DNA from: an uncultured Bacilli bacterium
GTDB lineage: Bacteria > Bacillota_I > Bacilli_A > RF39 > UBA660
DNA length: 52,142 nucleotides
Direction: 5' to 3'
Assembly (NCBI GenBank): GCA_944373095.1
Contig: CALWAK010000002.1
Span: forward strand, 1 to 52,142
Below the pieces are notes generated by a model that was not told the origin of the DNA, ran no database searches, and saw only the letters and a program-made list of their open reading frames with translations. The position numbers and the translations under genes were made by a program. Shown piece after piece: positions 8,744-18,109 of the stretch; the stretch's first letter is position 1; each line of letters starts with the position of its first letter.

Positions 8744-10267
8744 ATGTTTGTAGGAAATTATAAACTTGATAATGAGCAAGAGGAAATAGTGTGCGATAAT
8801 AACAAGTATTTACTAGTAGTAGCTGGGGCTGGAGCTGGGAAAACTTTAACAATATTAGGTAAAATAAATTATTTAATAAATACGCTAAATTATAAAGAAA
8901 ATGATATTTTATGTATTTCTTATACAAAAGATGCTTCATTAAGTCTAAAAAATAAAATAAAGAAAGAATTTAATTTAGATATAGATGTTTATACATTCCA
9001 TAAATTAGGAGTTGAAATACTAAAAAGTTATAATATTAATTTTAATATAACTGATACTGATACATTAGAAAGATGTATATATAATTACTTATATATAGAT
9101 TGTATTAATAATATAAAACAATTGAAATATGTATGTAAATATTTAAAAGTTAAAATTAAAGATAAAAATAAGTTTTATAAATATTTAAATAATAATAATG
9201 ATTATATATTAAAAAAATTTGAACTTATAAGTACATTTATTAAATTATTTAAATCAAATAATTTTAATATTAATGATTATAGTACTTTTTTTAAAAAAAT
9301 TAAGAAATATATATTTAAATATAATTATTTTAAAATATTTTTATTAATCAGCTTAAATATATATTTAAAATATGAAAAAGAGTTAGAAATTAATAAAGAA
9401 ATAGATTTTGATGATCTTATTATAAAATCTAGAGAGTTAGTAAATAAATATGGTATTAAAAAGAAATATAAATTTATAATTATTGATGAGTATCAAGATT
9501 CATCTTTTATTAGATTTTCTCTTATAAAATCAATACTTTTGTATTGCGATGCTAAATTAATGGTAGTAGGAGATGATTGGCAATCAATCTACCGTTTTTC
9601 AGGATGCACATTAGATTTATTTGTAAATTTTAAAAATTATTTTCCTAATAGTAAGATATTAAAAATAAATACTACTTATCGTAATAGTATTGAGTTAACT
9701 AATATAGCAGGTAAATTTATTATGAAAAATAATTTACAAATTAAAAAGAATTTAAAATCTAATAAATCATTAGATTATCCAATTAGAATTATATATTATA
9801 AAAATATTAAAAATGATTTTATTAAATTAATAGATTATCTATATAAAAATTTTGGAAATGATATTTTAGTTTTAGGGAGAAATAATAAAGATATTAATAT
9901 ATTATTAAATGATAAAATAAAGCTTAAAGATAAAAAGATAATTATTAATGATATAAAAGATATTGATATTACTTATTTAACCATTCATAGATCTAAGGGG
10001 TTAGAAAGTAATAATGTAATTATAATTAATTTAAATAATGATATATGCGGATTACCTAGTAAAATAAAAGAAGATAAAATACTTAGTTTAGTTAATAATA
10101 ATACAGAAAAATATTTGTATGGAGAAGAAAGAAGATTATTTTATGTTGCTTTAACAAGAACGAAAAACTATTGCTATTTATTAGTAAATAAAAAAACTGA
10201 ATCTATTTTTATAAAAGAGTTAGTTAGAGATTTTAAAGATAAAATAAAACTCTATTACATAAAATAA
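8744..10267 (+). CDS. SF1 UvrD/Rep/HelD-like DNA helicase (compact form)
   Basis: Walker A GAGAGKT, motif II IIIDEYQDS, motif III GDDWQSIYRFSG, TTYRNS, TIHRSKGLE, RRLFYVALTRTK. ATG at 8744 preferred; the track ORF begins at TTG 8705. Confidence 0.8.
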   Translation: MFVGNYKLDNEQEEIVCDNNKYLLVVAGAGAGKTLTILGKINYLINTLNYKENDILCISYTKDASLSLKNKIKKEFNLDIDVYTFHKLGVEILKSYNINFNITDTDTLERCIYNYLYIDCINNIKQLKYVCKYLKVKIKDKNKFYKYLNNNNDYILKKFELISTFIKLFKSNNFNINDYSTFFKKIKKYIFKYNYFKIFLLISLNIYLKYEKELEINKEIDFDDLIIKSRELVNKYGIKKKYKFIIIDEYQDSSFIRFSLIKSILLYCDAKLMVVGDDWQSIYRFSGCTLDLFVNFKNYFPNSKILKINTTYRNSIELTNIAGKFIMKNNLQIKKNLKSNKSLDYPIRIIYYKNIKNDFIKLIDYLYKNFGNDILVLGRNNKDINILLNDKIKLKDKKIIINDIKDIDITYLTIHRSKGLESNNVIIINLNNDICGLPSKIKEDKILSLVNNNTEKYLYGEERRLFYVALTRTKNYCYLLVNKKTESIFIKELVRDFKDKIKLYYIK

Positions 10268-10272
10268 TAGAG

Positions 10273-10860
10273 TTAATTACATGTATATGTTTGACCTCGT
10301 ACTTCTAATTTATAGGGAAATTGATGATTTATAACTTTATCAATATAGGTTAAATCTATATCACCTTTCCTGCTATTAGACACTGTATCAATTACCGGTA
10401 TAGAAATTTTTACTGAAAAATATTCACTATTTTGTAAGTTAACAGCGTCACTTAGATTAGGATCATAACTTGATGTTTTTAAACAATAAGAAAAATTATC
10501 TAAATCATATTTTCCATTTGCTAATTCCCATTTTTCCATAAAATTTATTGGACCATAAGCAACATATGTTTCACTTACTATTAATTTTTTTTGTTTAGCT
10601 ATTTTATAATCAAATAATAAACATATATTATCATTATCTACACAAGGGGTTATTTTATATAAGTCTTTTGTTATAAAATCATTTTCTATTATATTGATAA
10701 TACTAGTTCTAGATACTGCATCAGCATTTCTAGTAGTACTTAAAAAATCTTCATATCTTAAATCTGATATAATATTAAATAAAAATATCATTACTATTGA
10801 TAATATTATTAAGGCTGCTATTACTTCAGTTAATGTCATACCTTTATTACTAAGTTTCAT
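10273..10860 (-). CDS. Prepilin-type N-terminal cleavage/methylation domain protein (pseudopilin)
   Basis: N-terminus KGMTLTEVIAALIILSIVMIF is a class III signal (G/xTLxE plus hydrophobic helix). 4-nt overlap (ATGA) with the upstream pseudopilin gene. Confidence 0.7.
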   Translation of the reverse strand: MKLSNKGMTLTEVIAALIILSIVMIFLFNIISDLRYEDFLSTTRNADAVSRTSIINIIENDFITKDLYKITPCVDNDNICLLFDYKIAKQKKLIVSETYVAYGPINFMEKWELANGKYDLDNFSYCLKTSSYDPNLSDAVNLQNSEYFSVKISIPVIDTVSNSRKGDIDLTYIDKVINHQFPYKLEVRGQTYTCN

Positions 10861-11582
10861 AATGCTGTACCTCTTAATACTAGTTTTATATTACTATAAT
10901 AATTTTTTTTATCTTTCTTACAACAATTTGAATCAACATAAGAATAGTTAGTTGGACAAGTACCATCTTCTGGTTTTTTTCTAATTGTACAATTATTATA
11001 TTCTTCTTCGTATTCTACTATTATTCGATAATCAGGATTATTCTCATCATCATTAGTACCATATAATGTTCTTAAATAATAAATACCATTTATGCTTAAA
11101 TTATCTAATACTTCACTATCAGTATTATCACATATTACTTCACCTGAGGAACTAAGACAATCTTTAATAGAACTAACATCATATGTAGTAATATATATAT
11201 GTTTAATATTTAGTTCATCAGAATTCATTACTTCTTCACAAAATTTCATTTTTTGTTGTTCTTTAGGATCTATTTCATTATTAGCTAATAAATTATATAA
11301 AGTTTTATCATTACAATTAAATTCAACAATCTTTCTTTTATATTCATTTTTTGTTCCATCTATTAACATATATTTTTTTATATAATTTTCTATATTTAAA
11401 GACACTATAAAATTTTCTATATTATAAGTAGTGTAAATATAAGAAGTATCATCAAATACCAATCTTCTTTTTTGCTCAACTAATATTTTATTAAAAGCAA
11501 CTAAACTAGTTATTAAAACTACCGATAATACTACTATTACCAATATTGTTTCTATAAATACAAACCCTTTTTTATTATTCAT
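10857..11582 (-). CDS. Prepilin-type N-terminal domain protein (pseudopilin), Cys-rich
   Basis: KKGFVFIETILVIVVLSVVLI is a prepilin-like leader and helix. 11 Cys in the globular part. The track ORF starts at GTG 11591; ATG 11582 is preferred. Confidence 0.65.
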   Translation of the reverse strand: MNNKKGFVFIETILVIVVLSVVLITSLVAFNKILVEQKRRLVFDDTSYIYTTYNIENFIVSLNIENYIKKYMLIDGTKNEYKRKIVEFNCNDKTLYNLLANNEIDPKEQQKMKFCEEVMNSDELNIKHIYITTYDVSSIKDCLSSSGEVICDNTDSEVLDNLSINGIYYLRTLYGTNDDENNPDYRIIVEYEEEYNNCTIRKKPEDGTCPTNYSYVDSNCCKKDKKNYYSNIKLVLRGTAL

Positions 11583-11654
11583 TTTTATCACTATCCTAAT
11601 TAAATAATAACATATTTTATATATAAAAAAAAGTTGATAAAATAAATATCAACA

Positions 11655-14171
11655 TTATATAGTATCAAATCTGTTTTTAGTTAATTTTTTTCTTATTATA
11701 TCAACAGGTACTACTGTTAATGATAAAATAATGGTAAATAATAATTCCTTTAAAGTTAACCCATACGTTCTAAATAATGATCCACCATAATATATTAAAT
11801 ATACTTGAATAATAATAATTACTAAAAAGATAAGAATAAATTGTTTATTTTTTAATATATTAGCAAAAACATTTAAACGTGGTGTTCTTGAGTTAAAAGC
11901 ATTTATTATTCCTGTAAAAATAAATAATGAAAAATATGCAGTATATAAATATCTATTATCAGATGAATATCTTATAAAATTATAAACTAATGGAGATTTT
12001 AGAAAAAATAAACCTAATAACGAAGAATATATCCCAGTTATAAATATCTCTTGATACATATATTTATTAATAATTGGTACTTTTTCATCTTTAGGTGCCT
12101 CATTCATATATTCTATTAATGCAGGTTCGTGAGAAAAAGCCATGCCTGCTAGCGTATCCATAATCATATTAATCCATAACATTTGAATCACAGTTACTGG
12201 TGTTGCTATATTAATTAATGGGCCAATTATTGCCATAAGCATTGCACAAATATTTACAGTTAACTGGAATATAATAAATTTACGAATACTTTTAAATATA
12301 GTTCTACCGTATAAAACTGCTTTAGTAATAGACTTTATATTATCATCAAGAATAACTATATCACTAGCTTCCTTTGCAACAGAGGTTCCACTTCCCATAG
12401 CAAAACCTACATTAGCTCTTTTTAAAGCACTAGCATCATTTATTCCATCACCAGTCATCCCTACTACCAAACCTTGTTCTTGCAAAATAGATACTAATCT
12501 TTTTTTATCTTGAGGTAATGCTCTTGCAATAACTTTTAATTTAGGATAAATCTTTACTATTTCCGAATCTATTAAATTATTAAACTCTGTTGATGTTAAA
12601 ACGATATCTGAATCATTATAAATAATATTAGCTTCCTTTGCGATTGCTCTAGCAGTATTAGCATTATCACCAGTTATCATTATTACATTAATTCCCGAAT
12701 TATGTAATATATCTATTGATTCTTTAGCAGTATCTCTTATATTATCTTTAATAACTATATATCCTAAATATATTAAACTAGAGTGTTCTAAATCTCTAGT
12801 AAAATTATCCGATACTGCAAGTACTATTATTCTTGAGCCATCTAAAGCTTTAGAATCTATTTCTTTTTCTATTTTTTCTTTATTATAAATAATCTTTTTT
12901 TCTCCTAAATCATTTATATAAAATAAACATTTATCAAGTAATACTTCTTTAGCACCCTTATAATATGTTTTATTATTATCTAAAGTTACAGAACTATACT
13001 TTGTATTACTATTAAATAATTCATGTTTAATTACTTTATGATTTTTAGTTAGATTCCCTACATACTCTAAAATAGATTTATCTGTTTGATTACCACCTAC
13101 TATATTATTATTAGAATCAAAATAACTTGAATTGTTATATAATAAATTTTTACTAACTTCATCTTTTAAGATTTTATTTAATTTATCAAGAGTAAAATAT
13201 TTTTTATTTGATGGTGTAACATAGGCAGTTACTTTTAATTTACCTTCAGTTATAGTACCAGTTTTATCTGTTAATAAGCAATTTATATTACCACTAGTTT
13301 CTATTCCAACTAGTTTTCTTACTAACACATTATCTTTAATCATTTTTTTCATATTTGATGAGAGTACTAAAGAAATCATAAGAGGTAGTCCTTCTGGAAC
13401 TGTTACTACTAAAACTGTTATACTAAGCGTTAAAGTATATAAAATATTATCCATACTATAATCATTAGAGGTAATCAAATAGATAACTGCTACTATTAAA
13501 GCACCTATATAACCAAATCTAGAAATTATTTTAGCCAGTTTACTTAATCTCTTTTTTAAAGGACTAATTTCTTCTATTATTTGAATATCTTTTGCTAAAG
13601 AACCTATTAAAGTATTATCTCCAATTTTCTGTATCTTCATTTTGGCTTCGCCATCATATATTATAGTTGAGGAATAAACATAATCACCTTTTTCCTTATG
13701 TTTATCTTTTGATTCTCCATTAATGCTAGCTTCATTTACAGTGATACTACCATCAACTAAATAGCCATCTGCTGGAATTCTATCACCACTAAACAAGTAA
13801 ACTAAATCACCAACTACTAATTCAGTTGTTAAAATTGTTACTATTTTTCCATCTCGTAAAACAGATATATTTTTTTGACTTGACTCTTCTTCCAGTGCTT
13901 TAAAAGCTTCTTCGCTTCCATATTCTGATAACGCACTTATTACTGATGCTAAAACAATAGCAATTAAAATACCAATTGTTTCATACCAATCAAAATTTTT
14001 AAATAAAAAAATAAATTTAATAGACAATACTATTAAAAGAATTTTTATTATAGGATCACTTAAGGATATTAAAATTAGTTTAAAAAAAGATTTCTTTTTA
14101 ATCTTAGTTAAAGTATTACTTCCATATTTACTACGACTTTCAATTACTTCTTTTGAAGTTAGTCCGTTCAT
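11655..14171 (-). CDS. P-type Ca2+-transporting ATPase (P2A/P2B, YloB-like)
   Basis: DKTGTITEG phosphorylation site, MITGDNANTA, MTGDGINDASALKRANVG, about ten TM segments. Start at ATG 14171 (the track starts at TTG 14183). Confidence 0.88.
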   Translation of the reverse strand: MNGLTSKEVIESRSKYGSNTLTKIKKKSFFKLILISLSDPIIKILLIVLSIKFIFLFKNFDWYETIGILIAIVLASVISALSEYGSEEAFKALEEESSQKNISVLRDGKIVTILTTELVVGDLVYLFSGDRIPADGYLVDGSITVNEASINGESKDKHKEKGDYVYSSTIIYDGEAKMKIQKIGDNTLIGSLAKDIQIIEEISPLKKRLSKLAKIISRFGYIGALIVAVIYLITSNDYSMDNILYTLTLSITVLVVTVPEGLPLMISLVLSSNMKKMIKDNVLVRKLVGIETSGNINCLLTDKTGTITEGKLKVTAYVTPSNKKYFTLDKLNKILKDEVSKNLLYNNSSYFDSNNNIVGGNQTDKSILEYVGNLTKNHKVIKHELFNSNTKYSSVTLDNNKTYYKGAKEVLLDKCLFYINDLGEKKIIYNKEKIEKEIDSKALDGSRIIVLAVSDNFTRDLEHSSLIYLGYIVIKDNIRDTAKESIDILHNSGINVIMITGDNANTARAIAKEANIIYNDSDIVLTSTEFNNLIDSEIVKIYPKLKVIARALPQDKKRLVSILQEQGLVVGMTGDGINDASALKRANVGFAMGSGTSVAKEASDIVILDDNIKSITKAVLYGRTIFKSIRKFIIFQLTVNICAMLMAIIGPLINIATPVTVIQMLWINMIMDTLAGMAFSHEPALIEYMNEAPKDEKVPIINKYMYQEIFITGIYSSLLGLFFLKSPLVYNFIRYSSDNRYLYTAYFSLFIFTGIINAFNSRTPRLNVFANILKNKQFILIFLVIIIIQVYLIYYGGSLFRTYGLTLKELLFTIILSLTVVPVDIIRKKLTKNRFDTI

Positions 14172-14243
14172 ATTAACACCCAACTAATTATATGAAATAA
14201 AAATATTATTTATTATTTTAAAAATATGATATAATTTTTATAC

Positions 14244-14317
14244 GCAGGCATAGTTTAGTGGCAGAACATAAGCTTCCCAAGCTTAGGATGGAGGTCCGAT
14301 TCCCCTTGCCTGCTCCA
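14244..14317 (+). tRNA. tRNA-Gly (anticodon CCC), CCA encoded
   Basis: Acceptor stem GCAGGCA/TGCCTGC; D arm GTTT-AGTGGCA-GAAC; anticodon arm TAAGC-TTCCCAA-GCTTA (CCC at 14276-14278); T arm GGAGG-TCCGATT-CCCCT; discriminator T plus CCA. The T arm is atypical (see findings). Confidence 0.8.
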
Positions 14318-14326
14318 AATAAATAT

Positions 14327-14360
14327 AACTTACAAATCATAAAGGTTTGTAAGTTTTTTT
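14327..14360 (+). terminator. rho-independent terminator after tRNA-Gly
   Basis: AACTTACAAA (14327-14336), 9-nt loop, TTTGTAAGTT (14346-14355), followed by TTTTT. Confidence 0.75.
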
Positions 14361-14408
14361 AACTATATTTAAAAAAACTATCATTTCTGATAAGTAATCT
14401 ATATTTAA

Positions 14409-14996
14409 CTATTTTTCTTTATTACTAATAACTTTTTGATTAAACTTTTCTAAAAATTCTTTTGAAGTAGACCAAGAATCAGTTACATCATCAAAATTAA
14501 CTAGTTTTGATAATGCCATGGCACAAATATACTCATAAGATCCTTGATTAGGACTTTTATATATTATTAAATATAATGGTTTTATTGCGTCGTTTCCCAT
14601 ATTTATAACTTCATTATATTGCTCACTATTTAGTGCATATTCATACCAACCTGCACTTAAATAAAAATTAATATCTTCTTTTTCTTTTTGAGCAATTTCT
14701 GCAGTTAAAGATTGTAATAGTGTTGAAATTTTTTCTAAATCTTTAGTATCTACATTTTGAAATAATAATTCTTCATTTACCCCATCTTTTGTTATTTCAT
14801 CCCATTCTATATATTCTTGATTTTTGTCATTATTTATTGTATCAACTGGATTAGAACTAGTATTTTCAATAATAAATTTAAAGGATTTTCTATTTATAAC
14901 TCCAGTTTCAATCAATTTATAGACAGCAATTATTCCAATAATTATGATTAATAATATAATTAAAATTCTAAATATTTTTTTCTTCTTATTTTTCAT
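14409..14996 (-). CDS. Hypothetical membrane-anchored protein
   Basis: N-terminal TM helix FRILIILLIIIIGIIAVY followed by an acidic extracytoplasmic domain. No motif recognised. Confidence 0.5.
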   Translation of the reverse strand: MKNKKKKIFRILIILLIIIIGIIAVYKLIETGVINRKSFKFIIENTSSNPVDTINNDKNQEYIEWDEITKDGVNEELLFQNVDTKDLEKISTLLQSLTAEIAQKEKEDINFYLSAGWYEYALNSEQYNEVINMGNDAIKPLYLIIYKSPNQGSYEYICAMALSKLVNFDDVTDSWSTSKEFLEKFNQKVISNKEK

Positions 14997-15048
14997 ATGA
15001 CCATTACTTTAACCTTTCACTTTATAATTTAATTATGGCAATAAATTA

Positions 15049-15237
15049 CTATTTATTTTTTTCTTTTTTAAATTTTTCATAAACTGCTAATTGAGAAAAA
15101 ATTGCACAAAATAAACTTGGAATTACAGTATATCCGGCATTAACTTGTCCTTTATTAAATAATACATACCCTGCACCTATAAAAGTCATAAACATAAATA
15201 CAAGTGTTAAAATTCTAAATATTTTTTCTTTATTCAT
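15049..15237 (-). CDS. Small hydrophobic membrane protein (about 62 aa)
   Basis: Two predicted TM helices. Start set at M13 of the track ORF, preceded by GAGG with 8-nt spacing. Confidence 0.4.
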   Translation of the reverse strand: MNKEKIFRILTLVFMFMTFIGAGYVLFNKGQVNAGYTVIPSLFCAIFSQLAVYEKFKKEKNK

Positions 15238-15534
15238 TGTTTTTACCTCTTCATTGTAATTATTATTTATCATTTTAATTTTTGATAAGAATATTATACC
15301 ATTGGATTAATAAATAATCTATATTACCAAAATGTTTGAAATATAATACTGAAATTAAGCTAATTTATTATGTAATGTTCGCAATTTGCGTATTATTCAT
15401 TTCAAATAAAATTATAACTTACAGACTATAAAACACGCTATAATAGCGTTTATACAAAGGAGTTAAAAATATGCTTAAATATAAATTTATAAAACTACAA
15501 CGTTTTAGAAAATTACTTACAGAAAGTTAAAAAA

Positions 15535-16194
15535 CTATAAATTATTCATTATCCATTTAATATCTTCAATAGACTTACTAATATTAAATCTACCGTTTCC
15601 TACAGGATAATAAACTGAATAAAACTTATATTTCTTACCATTTATTTTTCTTTCAAAAAGAGCTTTTCTTACTTTAGAAACATTTATTTTTTCATTTAAT
15701 ACAATTGAACTTACTTGATTACCAAATAGAATAATTACTTTAGGATTAATTATTTCAAATTCTTTTTCTAATAAGTATAAATATTCTTTATAAACCTCAT
15801 CCGGTAATGCTCGTGCATCTATTTGCGTACATTTTCCTAAGTTAGTAATAAAATACTTATGTTCTTCTACATCTTTATAAACTTCTTTGGCAAATTCTTC
15901 AGTCCAATCTTTACCTTTTATAGCTTTAATTTTTTGATAAATATCTTTATCTAACAAATTTAGTTCATAAAATAAATCCCAAGTGTTTTTTGTGCCTATC
16001 CAAGGGGATTTAATTCCCTTCCAATTCTTAGAAGAAGCAATACTTCTTCCAGTGGGATTCATAAATACAAAACATATATTTGGATTATTACTACATCCAC
16101 CATTATAAATTGAATCTAATTCTTTAGCACCATATTTAATTTGTAATTTATCATATTCTTTTTCTAATTCCTTTAAATTCATAAAATTCTCCAT
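15535..16194 (-). CDS. Uracil-DNA glycosylase superfamily protein (MUG/SMUG-like motif A)
   Basis: ICFVFMNPTGRS resembles the G(I/M)NPG motif A. Also VIILFGNQVS and a C-terminal YYPVGNG region. Size and layout fit the UDG fold. Family assignment not verified. Confidence 0.5.
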   Translation of the reverse strand: MENFMNLKELEKEYDKLQIKYGAKELDSIYNGGCSNNPNICFVFMNPTGRSIASSKNWKGIKSPWIGTKNTWDLFYELNLLDKDIYQKIKAIKGKDWTEEFAKEVYKDVEEHKYFITNLGKCTQIDARALPDEVYKEYLYLLEKEFEIINPKVIILFGNQVSSIVLNEKINVSKVRKALFERKINGKKYKFYSVYYPVGNGRFNISKSIEDIKWIMNNL

Positions 16195-16232
16195 AAAGAT
16201 TTTAATAAACTATCATTTCTCTTTTATTAAAA

Positions 16233-17222
16233 TTAATCATTCTTTTTTAATAGCTTTAATACAGCTTGTTTTTCTAATTCAGTCCTAATCTGTTCAAGTT
16301 TTTGATCATTAATATAACGACATTGATTGTATACTTCACATAATTTTACTAAAAATTCTTTTCTAGTATTTTTTAATAAAGCATTAGCACTATTAATTTC
16401 TTGGCCATTATTGTTCCTATCTTCTAAAACCATGCCATTATAAAATATAATAGGAGAATATACCATACCATTAAAGTCACAATTTGCATTATTAATTTCT
16501 ACGCCATCAGTCGCAGTAAATGTACTTTTTTCAGATTTTATACTTTCGGAATTTAAGTGTATTTCTTTTGCTTTTAAATTAGAATTATAAAGTCTTGTTT
16601 CTTCTGATGTTATATTTATCCTAGTTGTTGTTGCATCTCCAAATATACAATTTGTAATATTTAATCTTTTAGCATTTAAACGCATGCCAAAATTTGTATC
16701 ATAAATTTTTGTATATTCATAACTATTTTTGAATTCTTCATTTATAAATGTTAACTCATTGACTCTATTAATATTCATAAAAATATCACTAGCAAAATAA
16801 ATATTAGCCCAATCAATATATTTATTATTTTCAAAAACTATGTTATTACTCCATAATACATTAATTCCTTTGTTAAAAGTACAGTTTTTAAATACAATTG
16901 TCGACCACCACGAAACTAATTCTACCGCTGTATTAAAATTAATACCATCAAATATGTAATATACTGGCTTATCTAAGCCTAATTTTTTAACTTGTTCTTT
17001 TATTCCATCTGTTACTTGATTCATACCATAAAGTTTTAATTCATAAATTGGTTTATTACCTTTATATTTTTCCAGGGATTTTTGATCAACATAACAGATT
17101 ATTCTATCTTTTTCTTCAACTATTCTTCCAATATTAGTTATACTACTTTTTAAATATTCTTGACGTAATTTTTCATAAATTTTTTTTGAAATATATCTTT
17201 TTATTCTATTAGTATTTTCCAT
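16233..17222 (-). CDS. Hypothetical protein with repetitive N-rich beta-strand segments (possible beta-helix) and a C-terminal helical tail
   Basis: Recurrent short segments such as IVFKNCTFNKGINVLWSNNIVFENN, LNITNCIFGD and INITSEETRLYNSNL suggest a parallel beta-helix. No catalytic motif recognised. Confidence 0.45.
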   Translation of the reverse strand: MENTNRIKRYISKKIYEKLRQEYLKSSITNIGRIVEEKDRIICYVDQKSLEKYKGNKPIYELKLYGMNQVTDGIKEQVKKLGLDKPVYYIFDGINFNTAVELVSWWSTIVFKNCTFNKGINVLWSNNIVFENNKYIDWANIYFASDIFMNINRVNELTFINEEFKNSYEYTKIYDTNFGMRLNAKRLNITNCIFGDATTTRINITSEETRLYNSNLKAKEIHLNSESIKSEKSTFTATDGVEINNANCDFNGMVYSPIIFYNGMVLEDRNNNGQEINSANALLKNTRKEFLVKLCEVYNQCRYINDQKLEQIRTELEKQAVLKLLKKND

Positions 17223-17269
17223 TTTTCAGCTCCTTAAAAATTATGAAAACTATTTTAACATTAATTATA

Positions 17270-18033
17270 TTACGATACAATTCTTTTTAATAAGTTACAT
17301 ACTTCACTACTACGCCTATAAACATTACATAACTTTTTTAATTCATCAATTATCACATATTCATCTTTTATTTCATTATAAAATAATGTATTATTACTAG
17401 AAAAATGAACACTTTCTATAGCCTTTTCTTTTGTAAAAATAGAACCAACAACAACATATTTTATGTTATATGATTTTATTAAATCTTTATATAGTGATAT
17501 ATCTTTATAAGTTATATTTTTAAGAACTGACTTTAAATACAAAATAACTGGAAAATACTTACTAAATTTAAAATTTTTAAATCGTAACTCTGGAATATCA
17601 GTATTTTTTTCATAAACACTGTGTTGTGAAATAGAAGCACTACTTACAAATAAGATAAATTGACCATAATATTTTATATGAGAAAATATCTTTTTAATAT
17701 CAAGATAATTTAACATTTTTTAGTCGATACTTGTACTTGATTGCCTTTATCTAAAAAATAATTTATTAATTTAATAGTTTCTTCTTTATTAAATTCATCA
17801 AAGCATTCACAAAAGCAACCAAATGTAATTAAAGTATCTTTATTTATTTGGATATTAGAATTGTTAATCATATTAATTATTTCTTCACATGTTTTAGTAC
17901 TTTTTATTATTTTATTATTAGAATAACCCATTATAGGAAGATAACAATAACTACAATTTCCTAAGCAACCAATATTTGCATTAACAAATAATCTTTTATT
18001 ATCTTTAGCAAATAAATATCCATTATCAATCAT
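17270..18033 (-). pseudogene. SPL (spore photoproduct lyase)-family radical SAM gene split into two ORFs (17710..18033 and 17270..17716) by a frameshift at an A6 run
   Basis: The N-terminal ORF carries GCLGNCSYCYL (CX3CX2C, SplB-like) and ends VQVSTKKC*. The C-terminal ORF continues the SplB-like alignment (LNYLD..., FVSSASISQHSVYEKNTDIPELR). The frames differ by one base at the minus-strand A6 tract (plus-strand T-run 17716-17721). Confidence 0.65.
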
Positions 18034-18109
18034 AAATACTCCTTAAGAATATTATATAATTCTTTAACATTATTAACAATATTTATGATAAAATATAGAT
18101 GGTGATAAT

